From assembly GCA_016933215.1 (NCBI GenBank), contig JAFGBH010000005.1:3779-67778 (forward strand): a stretch of DNA of 64,000 bases, in the 5' to 3' direction. The stretch's first letter is position 1, and every line of letters begins with the position of its first letter. Under the pieces are notes generated by a model that saw only the letters and a program-made list of their open reading frames with translations, did not search any database and was not told the origin of the DNA. The stretch is from Deltaproteobacteria bacterium. GTDB taxonomy: Bacteria; Desulfobacterota; Syntrophia; Syntrophales; UBA2210. A program made the position numbers and the translations under genes. Shown piece by piece: positions 10,423 to 18,344 of the stretch.

Positions 10423-11340
10423 ATGGGTATCTTTATGACCGGAGGGACTGGGTTTGTGGGATCCATGCTCGCGAGAGACCTCGCGGAGAGGGGGCATGAG
10501 ATTACAATTCTCACGCGACCGGGAGAGAAAAAGCCTGCAGGGTTTAAGGAAGGGACGGTCAATTTTCTCGAGGGAGATCCCTCCGGGAAGGGTTCGTGGC
10601 AGGTAGAGGCCTCTCACTGCGAGGTTTTTATCAATCTTGCCGGCGCATCGATATTTTCACGCTGGAACAGCGAGACAAAAAGGGCAATCAGGGAAAGTCG
10701 GATTCTGACGACCAGACACCTTGTTGAGGCCATCGCCATGAGAGAGGGTAAAGAGACCACACTTCTCAGTACCTCTGCCGTGGGATATTACGGTTTTCAC
10801 GACGACGAAGTGCTGAACGAAAGGGACACCGCCGGGAGTGATTTTCTTGCGACCGTTGCCGCCGATTGGGAAAAAGAGGCCTTAGAGGCATCAAAATTCG
10901 GTGCCCGCGTCGTTATCTGCCGGTTCGGTATTGTACTGGGAAAGGGAGGCGGCGCCATAAGCCAGATGATTCCCCTTTTCAAATACTGGATGGGGAGCCC
11001 CCTTGGGAGCGGAAGGCAATGGTTTTCCTGGATCCATGAAAGGGATCTTTGGAATATCTATTCCTTTCTCCTGGAGCACAAGGAGATCAGTGGGCCTGTC
11101 AATTGCTCGTCGCCCAATCCGGTTCGCAACCGGGAAATGACCCAAGCCCTGGCGAAGGCCCTCGGAAAACCGCTTTTTCTCCCGGCAGTCCCATCCTTTG
11201 TCCTGAGATTCATGCTCGGCGAGTTCGGAGATATACTATTGAAAGGCCAGCGGGTATATCCCGGACGATTAATGGAAGAGGGATTTGATTTCATATTTTC
11301 CGACATTGGAGAGGCATTGAAGGATATTGTAACCGATTGA
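10423..11340 (+). CDS. TIGR01777-family (YfcH/SDR39U1-like) NAD-dependent epimerase family protein
   Basis: 305 aa. Rossmann N-terminus MTGGTGFVGSML and a C-terminal DUF1731-type region (GQRVYPGRLMEEGFDFIF). Confidence 0.85.
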   Translation: MGIFMTGGTGFVGSMLARDLAERGHEITILTRPGEKKPAGFKEGTVNFLEGDPSGKGSWQVEASHCEVFINLAGASIFSRWNSETKRAIRESRILTTRHLVEAIAMREGKETTLLSTSAVGYYGFHDDEVLNERDTAGSDFLATVAADWEKEALEASKFGARVVICRFGIVLGKGGGAISQMIPLFKYWMGSPLGSGRQWFSWIHERDLWNIYSFLLEHKEISGPVNCSSPNPVRNREMTQALAKALGKPLFLPAVPSFVLRFMLGEFGDILLKGQRVYPGRLMEEGFDFIFSDIGEALKDIVTD

Positions 11341-11592
11341 TTAATTCAGGTTTCTCCGGTGTTAATTTAATTTCCATAATTTCGGGGGATGTGAGAATCC
11401 CTCTCCCCGTGGCAGGGTATCTTTGTTTCCGCACCCCGGCTGAACCCTGGCCGAAATTTCTTTCCTGTCGTTTATCGTATCGGTTCCTCTGCGAGAACCT
11501 CTCCCGATGTTGTTAACCTTTTATTTGTTGAAAATTGTAACAAAACGATGTATTAGACCCTGCCTTTTTGTTTATTATCAAAGGTGATGTGA

Positions 11593-11616
11593 AAAAACTG
11601 TTTAAAAACAGTTTTT
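11593..11616. promoter_or_regulatory. Perfect palindrome aaaaactgttt-aa-aaacagttttt upstream of the phaZ-like gene
   Basis: 11-nt perfect arms, 34 nt upstream of the start codon at 11650. Candidate operator; function unknown. Confidence 0.3.
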
Positions 11617-11649
11617 AGAAGCTATTGAAGAAAGGAAATTACTACATAT

Positions 11650-13065
11650 ATGCCAGCATCAGTCATGACCTTATTCCCCTTCATGCTGAACGGGATGGAA
11701 GCAATGAAAATTCCGCTGGAGCTTACGGCAGAGTTTGCCCTCAAGGACTTTCGGGGGGCATCAGCGGGTTTGGATATACTGAAGAATACACATGATGCCC
11801 AGATAGAGGTATCCAGAAATTTTCTGCCCCTTGTGGCTCCTCTTTGTAAAGAGGAATCCTGCAAAGAACTGCTCGATCTGTATCAGGAAGGGAGTAATGC
11901 CTTTTTCAGTTTTTACCGGAAGAATCTCCTGAGGCCACTCCTTCGTTTTTATGAGGAGCGGGAAGGAGAGCTGGAGTTTCTGAACCTCTTTACCGATGAG
12001 CATCCTCCTCAGGATTGGAGCGTTGAGTATGACCGGTCAAATATCCTTCTTGACCTCCCGGGTTTACGGTGTATCGATATATCAGCAAATTTGAGACACT
12101 CAATTGACAATTACACGGTGATATTCGCACCAAGGGCCGGTCATCACTCCAACATTGCCGAGCGGGTGGCCCTCTTTTTGAGAGGTCAGGGTCTCACGCG
12201 GATGGCGATTGTGGAACAGAAGTGTGCCGAGGACATCCCGCTCTATGTCGGCGGCAGACGGCATCATGAAAACTTCGAAGGGCAGGTTCGGCAATATACG
12301 GAAATTCTTGAGCATCTTAAAGGGAAAACGGGGGTTCCGCCCCATCTTGTTGCCGTATGTCAGCCGGGTCCGCTTCTTATGACGACCCTCATCCTGAGGC
12401 CCGATCTGGGCAAGACCTTCGGTTCTGCCGGTGCGCCGATGCATACCGAGGCGGAGCGGGGTTTTCTAACGGATTTTGCCCGTTCAATGGGAAAAAACTA
12501 TATTGAACGGCTTACCGCTCTTTTCGGGCAAACGGTATGTGACGATCGGCCGGGGAGCGGAAGAGAGATCTTTGACGGTCGTCTTCATGTGCTCGGCTTT
12601 TACCTCCTCTCCATGGATCAGCACGTAAAAAATTTCAGGCAGCTTCTCGATGATCTCAAAAGCGGCAAGAGTGAATCCGCCGAGAAACAGAAGGCCTTTT
12701 ATGAGTGGTATAATTATGTTCAGTCCTTCCCCCGGAGTTTTATCGAAGATACCTACAAAAAGATCTTTGTGGGAAATGAGCTGATACGGGGTGATCTTGT
12801 CATCGATGGAAAGACTGTGGGAATCGGGGACTATCCGGGATCGGTTCCCCTGTGGGCACTCGGCGGAAACAAGGACAATATTGCGCCGCCCCTTCAGGCA
12901 ACGGGACATATGGGGCTTATTGAAGCGGTACCCGAGGAAGACAAACTCACGCTCGTCTGCAATGGGGGGCACATGGCCCTTTTCCGCTCCCAGACGGTGC
13001 TCGGTGAATATTATACAAAAATAGCCCGGTTCATCCTTGATCGAAGCGATCTTACATTACTGTAG
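11650..13065 (+). CDS. Intracellular PHA/PHB depolymerase-like alpha/beta hydrolase (PhaZ, TIGR01849/PF06850-like)
   Basis: 471 aa. Blocks VIFAPRAGHHSNIAE, LVAVCQPGPLLMTT and CNGGHMALFRS parallel the conserved PhaZ blocks APLSGHHATLLR / VCQPxVP / GHYGIFSG recalled from Cupriavidus PhaZ. Lies at the edge of the PHA locus. Confidence 0.6.
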   Translation: MPASVMTLFPFMLNGMEAMKIPLELTAEFALKDFRGASAGLDILKNTHDAQIEVSRNFLPLVAPLCKEESCKELLDLYQEGSNAFFSFYRKNLLRPLLRFYEEREGELEFLNLFTDEHPPQDWSVEYDRSNILLDLPGLRCIDISANLRHSIDNYTVIFAPRAGHHSNIAERVALFLRGQGLTRMAIVEQKCAEDIPLYVGGRRHHENFEGQVRQYTEILEHLKGKTGVPPHLVAVCQPGPLLMTTLILRPDLGKTFGSAGAPMHTEAERGFLTDFARSMGKNYIERLTALFGQTVCDDRPGSGREIFDGRLHVLGFYLLSMDQHVKNFRQLLDDLKSGKSESAEKQKAFYEWYNYVQSFPRSFIEDTYKKIFVGNELIRGDLVIDGKTVGIGDYPGSVPLWALGGNKDNIAPPLQATGHMGLIEAVPEEDKLTLVCNGGHMALFRSQTVLGEYYTKIARFILDRSDLTLL

Positions 13066-13104
13066 GTTCCGCCTGTGATGAGAAAAAGAGAAAGGGCTTC
13101 CTAT

Positions 13105-13578
13105 TTATTTCGTATCGTTTTCATCCTTTGAGTCTTTGTCAGTCGATGAGAAGCCTGTGAAGGGGTGTTGAAATGGCGAGAGGCTCTCCATTGCCTCCCG
13201 TGCCTTTGATGAGAGATCGGTGCTGAGGTCGAGCCACTTTCTGAACTGTTCATCCATTTCGTTTTTGTAAATCAAGTAGTTGTCAATTGTCTTCATAAGG
13301 TACTTATCAAAAAATTCTTTGAGAATGTTGTCTCCGTATTGTATAATCACATGAAGCAAGGGTGCGGGTAAAAGAATGTTCTTTGTCTTTGCTTCTTCGA
13401 CGATGATCTGTGTGAGAATGAATGCCGTGACATCCTCCCCTGTCTTCGCATCTACCACCTTGACCGCCTTTCCCTCTCGTATCAAATCGGATACCCGATT
13501 CAGTGTTACATACTCGCTTTTGTCCGTATTGTAGAGACGTCTGTTCGCATACTTCTTTATAAGGACCTTTTTTGTCAT
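13105..13578 (-). CDS. phaR: Polyhydroxyalkanoate synthesis repressor PhaR
   Basis: 157 aa. KKYANRRLYNTDKSEYVTLNRVSDLIREGKAVKVVDAKTGEDVTAFILTQIIVEEA is the PhaR DNA-binding domain (PF07879). Confidence 0.9.
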   Translation of the reverse strand: MTKKVLIKKYANRRLYNTDKSEYVTLNRVSDLIREGKAVKVVDAKTGEDVTAFILTQIIVEEAKTKNILLPAPLLHVIIQYGDNILKEFFDKYLMKTIDNYLIYKNEMDEQFRKWLDLSTDLSSKAREAMESLSPFQHPFTGFSSTDKDSKDENDTK

Positions 13579-13714
13579 GACTTCGTTCTCCTTTTATCGG
13601 CGGCAATTATATATGCTACATTGCAAAATATTATTACGCAAGAAAAAATGTTGATGCATATTATATTTTAATAAACAAAAACTTAAGCTCGTATATACTA
13701 TTTAAAATAATTTT

Positions 13715-13725
13715 GTGCAACGCAC
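13715..13725. promoter_or_regulatory. Short palindrome gtgc-aac-gcac, possible PhaR operator
   Basis: Lies 10 nt upstream of the -35 of the phasin promoter, in the phaR/phasin divergent region. TGC-containing half-sites are reported for PhaR operators. Positional inference only. Confidence 0.2.
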
Positions 13726-13735
13726 CATTTTTTCC

Positions 13736-13763
13736 TTGACAAGAGCAAAATCGTTCATATAAT
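13736..13763 (+). promoter_or_regulatory. Near-consensus sigma70 promoter of the phasin-like genes
   Basis: TTGACA (13736-13741), 16 nt spacer, TATAAT (13758-13763). A GAGGAGGA RBS at 13788-13795 precedes the ATG at 13803. Confidence 0.55.
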
Positions 13764-13802
13764 AGGGGCATATCAAAATTAAAACGTGAGGAGGATGATA
13801 AC

Positions 13803-14069
13803 ATGGAACCGTTAGGATTTACAAAGCAAATGATCGATTTTTATAAGGCCACATTCGATAACACCTTTAATGCAATGGTGATGATACAGGAGCAGATCGA
13901 AAAAGTGTCCGGTATTGCATTGCAACAGGCATCGTGGCTCCCAGAAGAGGGAATAAAGGCGATCAATGAATGGACCGACGCCTACAAGAAAAGTCGGGAG
14001 GAATTTAAGAGCCTTGTCGATGAAAACTTCGAGAAGGTGGAAGATTTTTTTAGTAAGGCGCAGAAGTAA
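13803..14069 (+). CDS. Small phasin-like protein 1 (PHA granule-associated, by context)
   Basis: 88 aa, helical. Paralog of the next gene, with roughly 55-60 percent identity by eye over ~76 residues (shared FDNxFxAMVMIQ, W.PxEG.KAI.EW.D.YK, F.KVED.F). Strong promoter, next to phaR. Confidence 0.65.
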   Translation: MEPLGFTKQMIDFYKATFDNTFNAMVMIQEQIEKVSGIALQQASWLPEEGIKAINEWTDAYKKSREEFKSLVDENFEKVEDFFSKAQK

Positions 14070-14112
14070 CACGATACACACCAAAAAATACGCTTTAAGG
14101 GAGGAGAAGGCA

Positions 14113-14391
14113 ATGGACCAGAAAGAATTACTCAAAAAAATGATAGAGTTTAACAAAACATCCTTTGACAACAGTTTCAGCGCCATGGTTATGATACAGA
14201 ACCAGACGGAACAAATGGTGAATACGCTTCTCGAGCAAGCCACATGGATTCCGGCAGAGGGGAAGAAAGCGATCAGCGAGTGGGTGGATTCCTACAAGAA
14301 TGGAAGAGAGACCTTCAAAAAGGCCGTTGACGACAGCTTCAAAAAGGTGGAAGACTCTTTTGGGGGAGCGGCAAAGGCAAAGGGAAAATAG
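14113..14391 (+). CDS. Small phasin-like protein 2 (tandem paralog)
   Basis: ORF track gives 13966..14391, but the ATG at 14113 (MDQKELLKKMIEFNK...) follows GGAGGAGAAGG and gives a 92-aa paralog of the previous gene. Confidence 0.65.
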   Translation: MDQKELLKKMIEFNKTSFDNSFSAMVMIQNQTEQMVNTLLEQATWIPAEGKKAISEWVDSYKNGRETFKKAVDDSFKKVEDSFGGAAKAKGK

Positions 14392-14399
14392 TTAGTGAT

Positions 14400-14445
14400 G
14401 GAATGGCGGAGCGTAATGATTCTGCCATTCCTTCCTTTTATTATT
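14400..14445 (+). terminator. Rho-independent terminator after the phasin pair
   Basis: Stem GGAATGGC (14400-14407) pairs with GCCATTCC (14424-14431), followed by ttccttttattatt. Confidence 0.55.
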
Positions 14446-14500
14446 GCGCCCCGGGCTGAGGGTTTTTTCTAACTTTCATTGATGACAAGAGGGTGTCCTG

Positions 14501-16096
14501 ATGATGAATTCCTTCGATAATACGACTGAGTTTTTCAGTTTTCTGTCGCAGTATCCTGAAAAGATGTGGAAGACATACATGAAAATGGTGTCAGCCACAC
14601 TGGAGAAAAACAAAGCCACCCAGCTTTACTGGGATGGTGTCTTGAAATATTTTCACGATTTTGTCGAAGCCTATTGGATAGCCGTGGGCTATTTTGGCGT
14701 TGCGGAACGAAAAAATTTCATGACCGTTCCGATGTGGCAGAACTTTATTGACTATCTTGGATTACTGCAGCTGAACCTGCAACTTGCCGCCGATGCGATC
14801 ACAAGCAGCTATAAGGTCTCCAGCGATTACCACCTGAAGGAACTGGTGGAATCCTTTTCTGCCTTCATGAATACCGTCATGGATCTTGAGGGCGAAGATA
14901 TAGAGTCTTTTGCCTCCAAGCAGGCCCGGTTAATGGATCGTGTGGTGCACGTCTATCCCAAGGCAATTGAAGATATCAGGGCTGAATTTGGATTCCATTT
15001 CGACGAGGGTGGCTACGTCAAGACGGCCGAAACGGATCGCTTTTACCTCTATCAGGTTCTTCCCCAAAAAAAGAACATAAAGGTCAGGAAGAACGGTAAA
15101 CCTGTCATAGTGGTTCCGCCATACGTACTTGGGGCCAATGTCCTCGCCTTTTTGCCGGGAGAAAATAAGAGTTACGTTCACAACTTTGCCAATCAAGGAA
15201 TTCCCATCTATATTCGAATCAATAAAGATATTGCAAGCACTCCCGCCTTTCAGGTTATGAACGGTGATGACGATGCACGGGATACGAGGTATTTCTGCGA
15301 GTTATTGAAGGAGAAGCATGGAAGGCCCGTTACCGTGAACGGCTACTGCCAGGGCGGTTTCAATGCACTCTGCGATATCCTTTCAGGGGAGCTCGACGGC
15401 CTCGTTGATGCCCTCATTACCTGTGTCTCTCCCATGGATGGGACGCGGAGCAGGGGTCTGGGTGATTTTCTGAAGATCATGCTGCCGCAGCGATTTAACG
15501 ACCTTACCTTCGGTACCAAGATCATGCCGGGTGGAAACAGGGTGGCCGATGGAAAACTGATGGGGTGGGTGTATAAAGTCAAGGCGATTCAGGACGAATT
15601 TCCCCTGGTGAACCTTTACCGTGATATGATGATGCTCGGCTCGGGGAGCGGAGAAGAAGTGAAAATCAATAAAACGGTAGCCGCGATTCAGCACTGGCTT
15701 CGATACGAGCGTGTCGACCTTCCCATGGGTATTACGGAGATCAGCTTTGCCTCCTATAACACACCCATTACGAAGGACGGAACACTGCCCGTTACACTTT
15801 TCGGAAGAAAGCTCAATCTTCATCGTATTCCTGAAAAGGGGATTAAGTGGCTGATCTGTTACGGAGAGACGGACAACCTCGTGGAAAAAGAGACAGCCCT
15901 GGCGCCATGTGACTTCATCGATGTCGAAGTCTCAGCGTTTCCGAAAGGGCATCTTGCCATTGCCACATCGTGGTCAAACCCGAAATCCGATTGTGCCCTT
16001 CATACCCGTTTTGGAGAAAAGCGATACAGAGGGCCTGTTCTCTTCCAGCTTGATCTGGAAGAGGAGATGAACAAGAAAGGTGAAAAACATGGATAA
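14501..16096 (+). CDS. Divergent PhaC-like PHA synthase (alpha/beta hydrolase with G-Y-C-Q-G-G box)
   Basis: 531 aa. Lipase-box-like NGYCQGGF (PHA synthase pattern G-X-C-X-G-G, Cys at residue 283 by my count), later YGETDNLV (Asp) and FPKGHLAIATS (His). The N-terminal region is about 130 aa longer than in the class III PhaC at 18345-19535 (Cys at residue 153). Confidence 0.65.
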   Translation: MMNSFDNTTEFFSFLSQYPEKMWKTYMKMVSATLEKNKATQLYWDGVLKYFHDFVEAYWIAVGYFGVAERKNFMTVPMWQNFIDYLGLLQLNLQLAADAITSSYKVSSDYHLKELVESFSAFMNTVMDLEGEDIESFASKQARLMDRVVHVYPKAIEDIRAEFGFHFDEGGYVKTAETDRFYLYQVLPQKKNIKVRKNGKPVIVVPPYVLGANVLAFLPGENKSYVHNFANQGIPIYIRINKDIASTPAFQVMNGDDDARDTRYFCELLKEKHGRPVTVNGYCQGGFNALCDILSGELDGLVDALITCVSPMDGTRSRGLGDFLKIMLPQRFNDLTFGTKIMPGGNRVADGKLMGWVYKVKAIQDEFPLVNLYRDMMMLGSGSGEEVKINKTVAAIQHWLRYERVDLPMGITEISFASYNTPITKDGTLPVTLFGRKLNLHRIPEKGIKWLICYGETDNLVEKETALAPCDFIDVEVSAFPKGHLAIATSWSNPKSDCALHTRFGEKRYRGPVLFQLDLEEEMNKKGEKHG

Positions 16097-16670
16097 ACAA
16101 TTTGTAAAATTCTGGGCCAGTTTTCTTACCAATTACCTGAAAACACAGGAACAGATGGAGGATATGTCCACGTGGATAGCTCAGGGTTTCAAGGGCTTCG
16201 ATGAATTGACCGAGCTCTTTCAGAAGTCCTACGGCCTTGACCGGTTGAGTGAATCAACGGCGAACTATCTTGCCATGTGGGAGCAGTCAACAAAGGACTT
16301 CGAACGGTCCCTCACCGAATACCTCGCTCTTATGGGAGTGGTGCCAAAGCAAGAGCACCTGGAACTCGTGGAAAAATACGAAGCACTAAAGGAAAAATCA
16401 GAGTCACAGGAAGAAACGATTATACATCTCAGGCAGCTTCTCCTTAAGGGCGAACAGCTCGATCAGAAGGAATTCCGCACCGGATTTGAGGAACTTATCA
16501 AAAAACAGTCCGATGATTTCCAGAGGCTTATTAAAGATGTGGGAGAAGGTGTCGTAGAGAAGGAATCGGAAAAGAAGAAACCTTCTGCCACGGAAAAAAA
16601 GAAATCTGCTGCCTCGGGAAAGAGCGTGAAAAAGAGGAGCATTGCGAAAAAGGCCGTAGCAAAGAAATAA
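16089..16670 (+). CDS. PhaE / class IV PhaR-like synthase subunit with Lys-rich tail
   Basis: ORF track gives 16080..16670 (GTG). The ATG at 16089 has AAAGGTG upstream and overlaps the upstream stop (ATGGATAA). Coiled-coil protein. YLALMGVVPKQEHLELVEKYEALKEK resembles the conserved C-terminal PhaE block (compare VPVPTTREMDELYREIYHLKKK in the PhaE at 19563-20459). Ends with KKKPSATEKKKSAASGKSVKKRSIAKKAVAKK. Confidence 0.55.
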   Translation: MDKQFVKFWASFLTNYLKTQEQMEDMSTWIAQGFKGFDELTELFQKSYGLDRLSESTANYLAMWEQSTKDFERSLTEYLALMGVVPKQEHLELVEKYEALKEKSESQEETIIHLRQLLLKGEQLDQKEFRTGFEELIKKQSDDFQRLIKDVGEGVVEKESEKKKPSATEKKKSAASGKSVKKRSIAKKAVAKK

Positions 16671-16722
16671 CGTTACCGGTGTTTTGTCTGAAAAGGAAAG
16701 CGTCTTCCTCCGCTTCCGTGCG

Positions 16723-17151
16723 CTACGTTTTTGGCTTCTTCCTTGGGCTTATGAGGGCTTCACCATCAAGTACGACTGTCCCTTCCTGATTTTTGCAGGT
16801 TGTTGAGAACCTCACCCGGTTTTCTTCCTTGTTGATTTCGAGTGCCTCCACCCTGGCGGTTATTGTATCTCCGATTCGCACGGGGGCTAGAAACTTCAGG
16901 GTCTGCTGTATATAGATCGAACCCGGTCCGGGAAGTTTTGTTCCCAGGATAGCAGAGATGAACCCGGCGGAAAGCATGCCGTGGGCGATCCTTGTCTTGA
17001 AAAATGTCTTTTCGGCATAGGCCTCGTTCAGATGAGCGGGATTGAAATCCCCCGTTATCCCCGCATAGAGATAAATGTCAGTCTCGGAAACAGTCTTTGC
17101 GAATTCTACCGAATCTCCCACCTTGATTTCATCAATTGTCTTTCCTATCAT
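16723..17151 (-). CDS. phaJ: (R)-specific enoyl-CoA hydratase, MaoC-like hot-dog protein
   Basis: 142 aa. YAGITGDFNPAHLNEAYAEKTFFKTRIAHGML is the MaoC dehydratase signature. Lies in the PHA locus. Confidence 0.85.
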   Translation of the reverse strand: MIGKTIDEIKVGDSVEFAKTVSETDIYLYAGITGDFNPAHLNEAYAEKTFFKTRIAHGMLSAGFISAILGTKLPGPGSIYIQQTLKFLAPVRIGDTITARVEALEINKEENRVRFSTTCKNQEGTVVLDGEALISPRKKPKT

Positions 17152-17204
17152 AGGTCGTTACCTCTCCTTCTTTGACTCTGACCTGAGAGGGCGCAGGAGC
17201 AAAG

Positions 17205-17276
17205 AGGAATTGAAGCTCCCCGTAATCCCTTATAACTCCGACACATTGCGGGGAATGCGCTTGCTGGTCAATTCAA
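17205..17276 (+). repeat. Dispersed intergenic repeat, short copy A4 (bridges A and B forms)
   Basis: gaattGAAGCTCCCCGtaatcccttataactccgacacattgCGGGGAATgcgcttgCTGGTCAATTc. Its reverse complement aligns with the right block of A1-A3. Its ends match the B units. Confidence 0.65.
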
Positions 17277-17281
17277 TTCCC

Positions 17282-18328
17282 TCAAAACCAGGAGCGGTGG
17301 CTCCACATATCTTCCTTCATATCCTTCATGTCTTCCTTCAGCCGAAGATAGAGCGAGGCATTCTGTATTGCAAGGCCGCCCTGATTGGCAAGCGCCGTGG
17401 CGAACATTATTTCGTCTTCGGTGAATTCGCGCTCCTCACGACAGTAAAGTCTTAACACTCCCACCACTTTGTCCCTTGTTTTTATCGGTACGCAGAGTAT
17501 TGAGACAATTCCCTCTTCCTTTTTTTCATCGCGGTACTGGACACCCGGATCGACGGCGGCATTTTTCACAACCACCGGTTTTCCCTCAAGGGCCTGGGCA
17601 ATACTCTTTTCTGCCGATACCGGTCCCTTTTTAAGGTACTCATCACTCAATCCGTAACTCGCCACGAGTTTCAGTGTCCGTTCATCCTCGTCGAGGAGAC
17701 GGACGGAAACGGCTTTTACGTCAAAGGCCTGAGCAATATCCTCGGACATTATACCCATAATCTTTTTTACATCGAGACTGGCATTGATGCTGGCTGCCAG
17801 ATCGTGAAATATTCGCGTGTTTTCCCGTATGCGTCTCACGAGACGGGCATGCTGTATGGCGATACCCCCCTGCTCGGCAAGTGCGGAGAGAAATTCTATC
17901 TCTTCTTTCGTAAACTTTCGGGGTGTTGCCGTGTAAAGCGCCAGGATACCGATGGCACGTCCCTCTTCGAGGACGGGCACTACTAATATCGAGGCGATGC
18001 CCTCCTTTATTTTGGCCTCATGATTTTCCACATGGGGATCCGTGGTGGCATCATAAATGGCAATATGTCCCCCATGGATTATATCCTGCACCACTTTCCG
18101 GGCATTAATCGGCTTTGAATGCAGATAGTCCTTTGACAGCCCCTTCTGAGCTCCTCCGACAAATACGTCCCGTTTCTTATCAAACAGAAAGAGGCTTGCC
18201 GCCTTTCCCTGCATCGTATCAATGGCGCTTTCGACAATGAGATTCAGAAGTTCCCCTTTGTCAAAGGTCGATCCGAATTTTCTGCTTACCTTGCAGAACG
18301 TTTTAAAATAGTTATTCTTCTTGGCCAT
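17282..18328 (-). CDS. Tandem GAF-domain protein (no output domain)
   Basis: 348 aa. Two repeats of the GAF pattern (...ASLFLFDKKRDVFV...ASILVVPVLEEGRAIGILALY... and ...AVSVRLLDEDERTLKL...VSILCVPIKTRDKVVGVLRLY...). Confidence 0.8.
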   Translation of the reverse strand: MAKKNNYFKTFCKVSRKFGSTFDKGELLNLIVESAIDTMQGKAASLFLFDKKRDVFVGGAQKGLSKDYLHSKPINARKVVQDIIHGGHIAIYDATTDPHVENHEAKIKEGIASILVVPVLEEGRAIGILALYTATPRKFTKEEIEFLSALAEQGGIAIQHARLVRRIRENTRIFHDLAASINASLDVKKIMGIMSEDIAQAFDVKAVSVRLLDEDERTLKLVASYGLSDEYLKKGPVSAEKSIAQALEGKPVVVKNAAVDPGVQYRDEKKEEGIVSILCVPIKTRDKVVGVLRLYCREEREFTEDEIMFATALANQGGLAIQNASLYLRLKEDMKDMKEDMWSHRSWF

Positions 18329-18344
18329 CTTTTTACTCCGTCTC

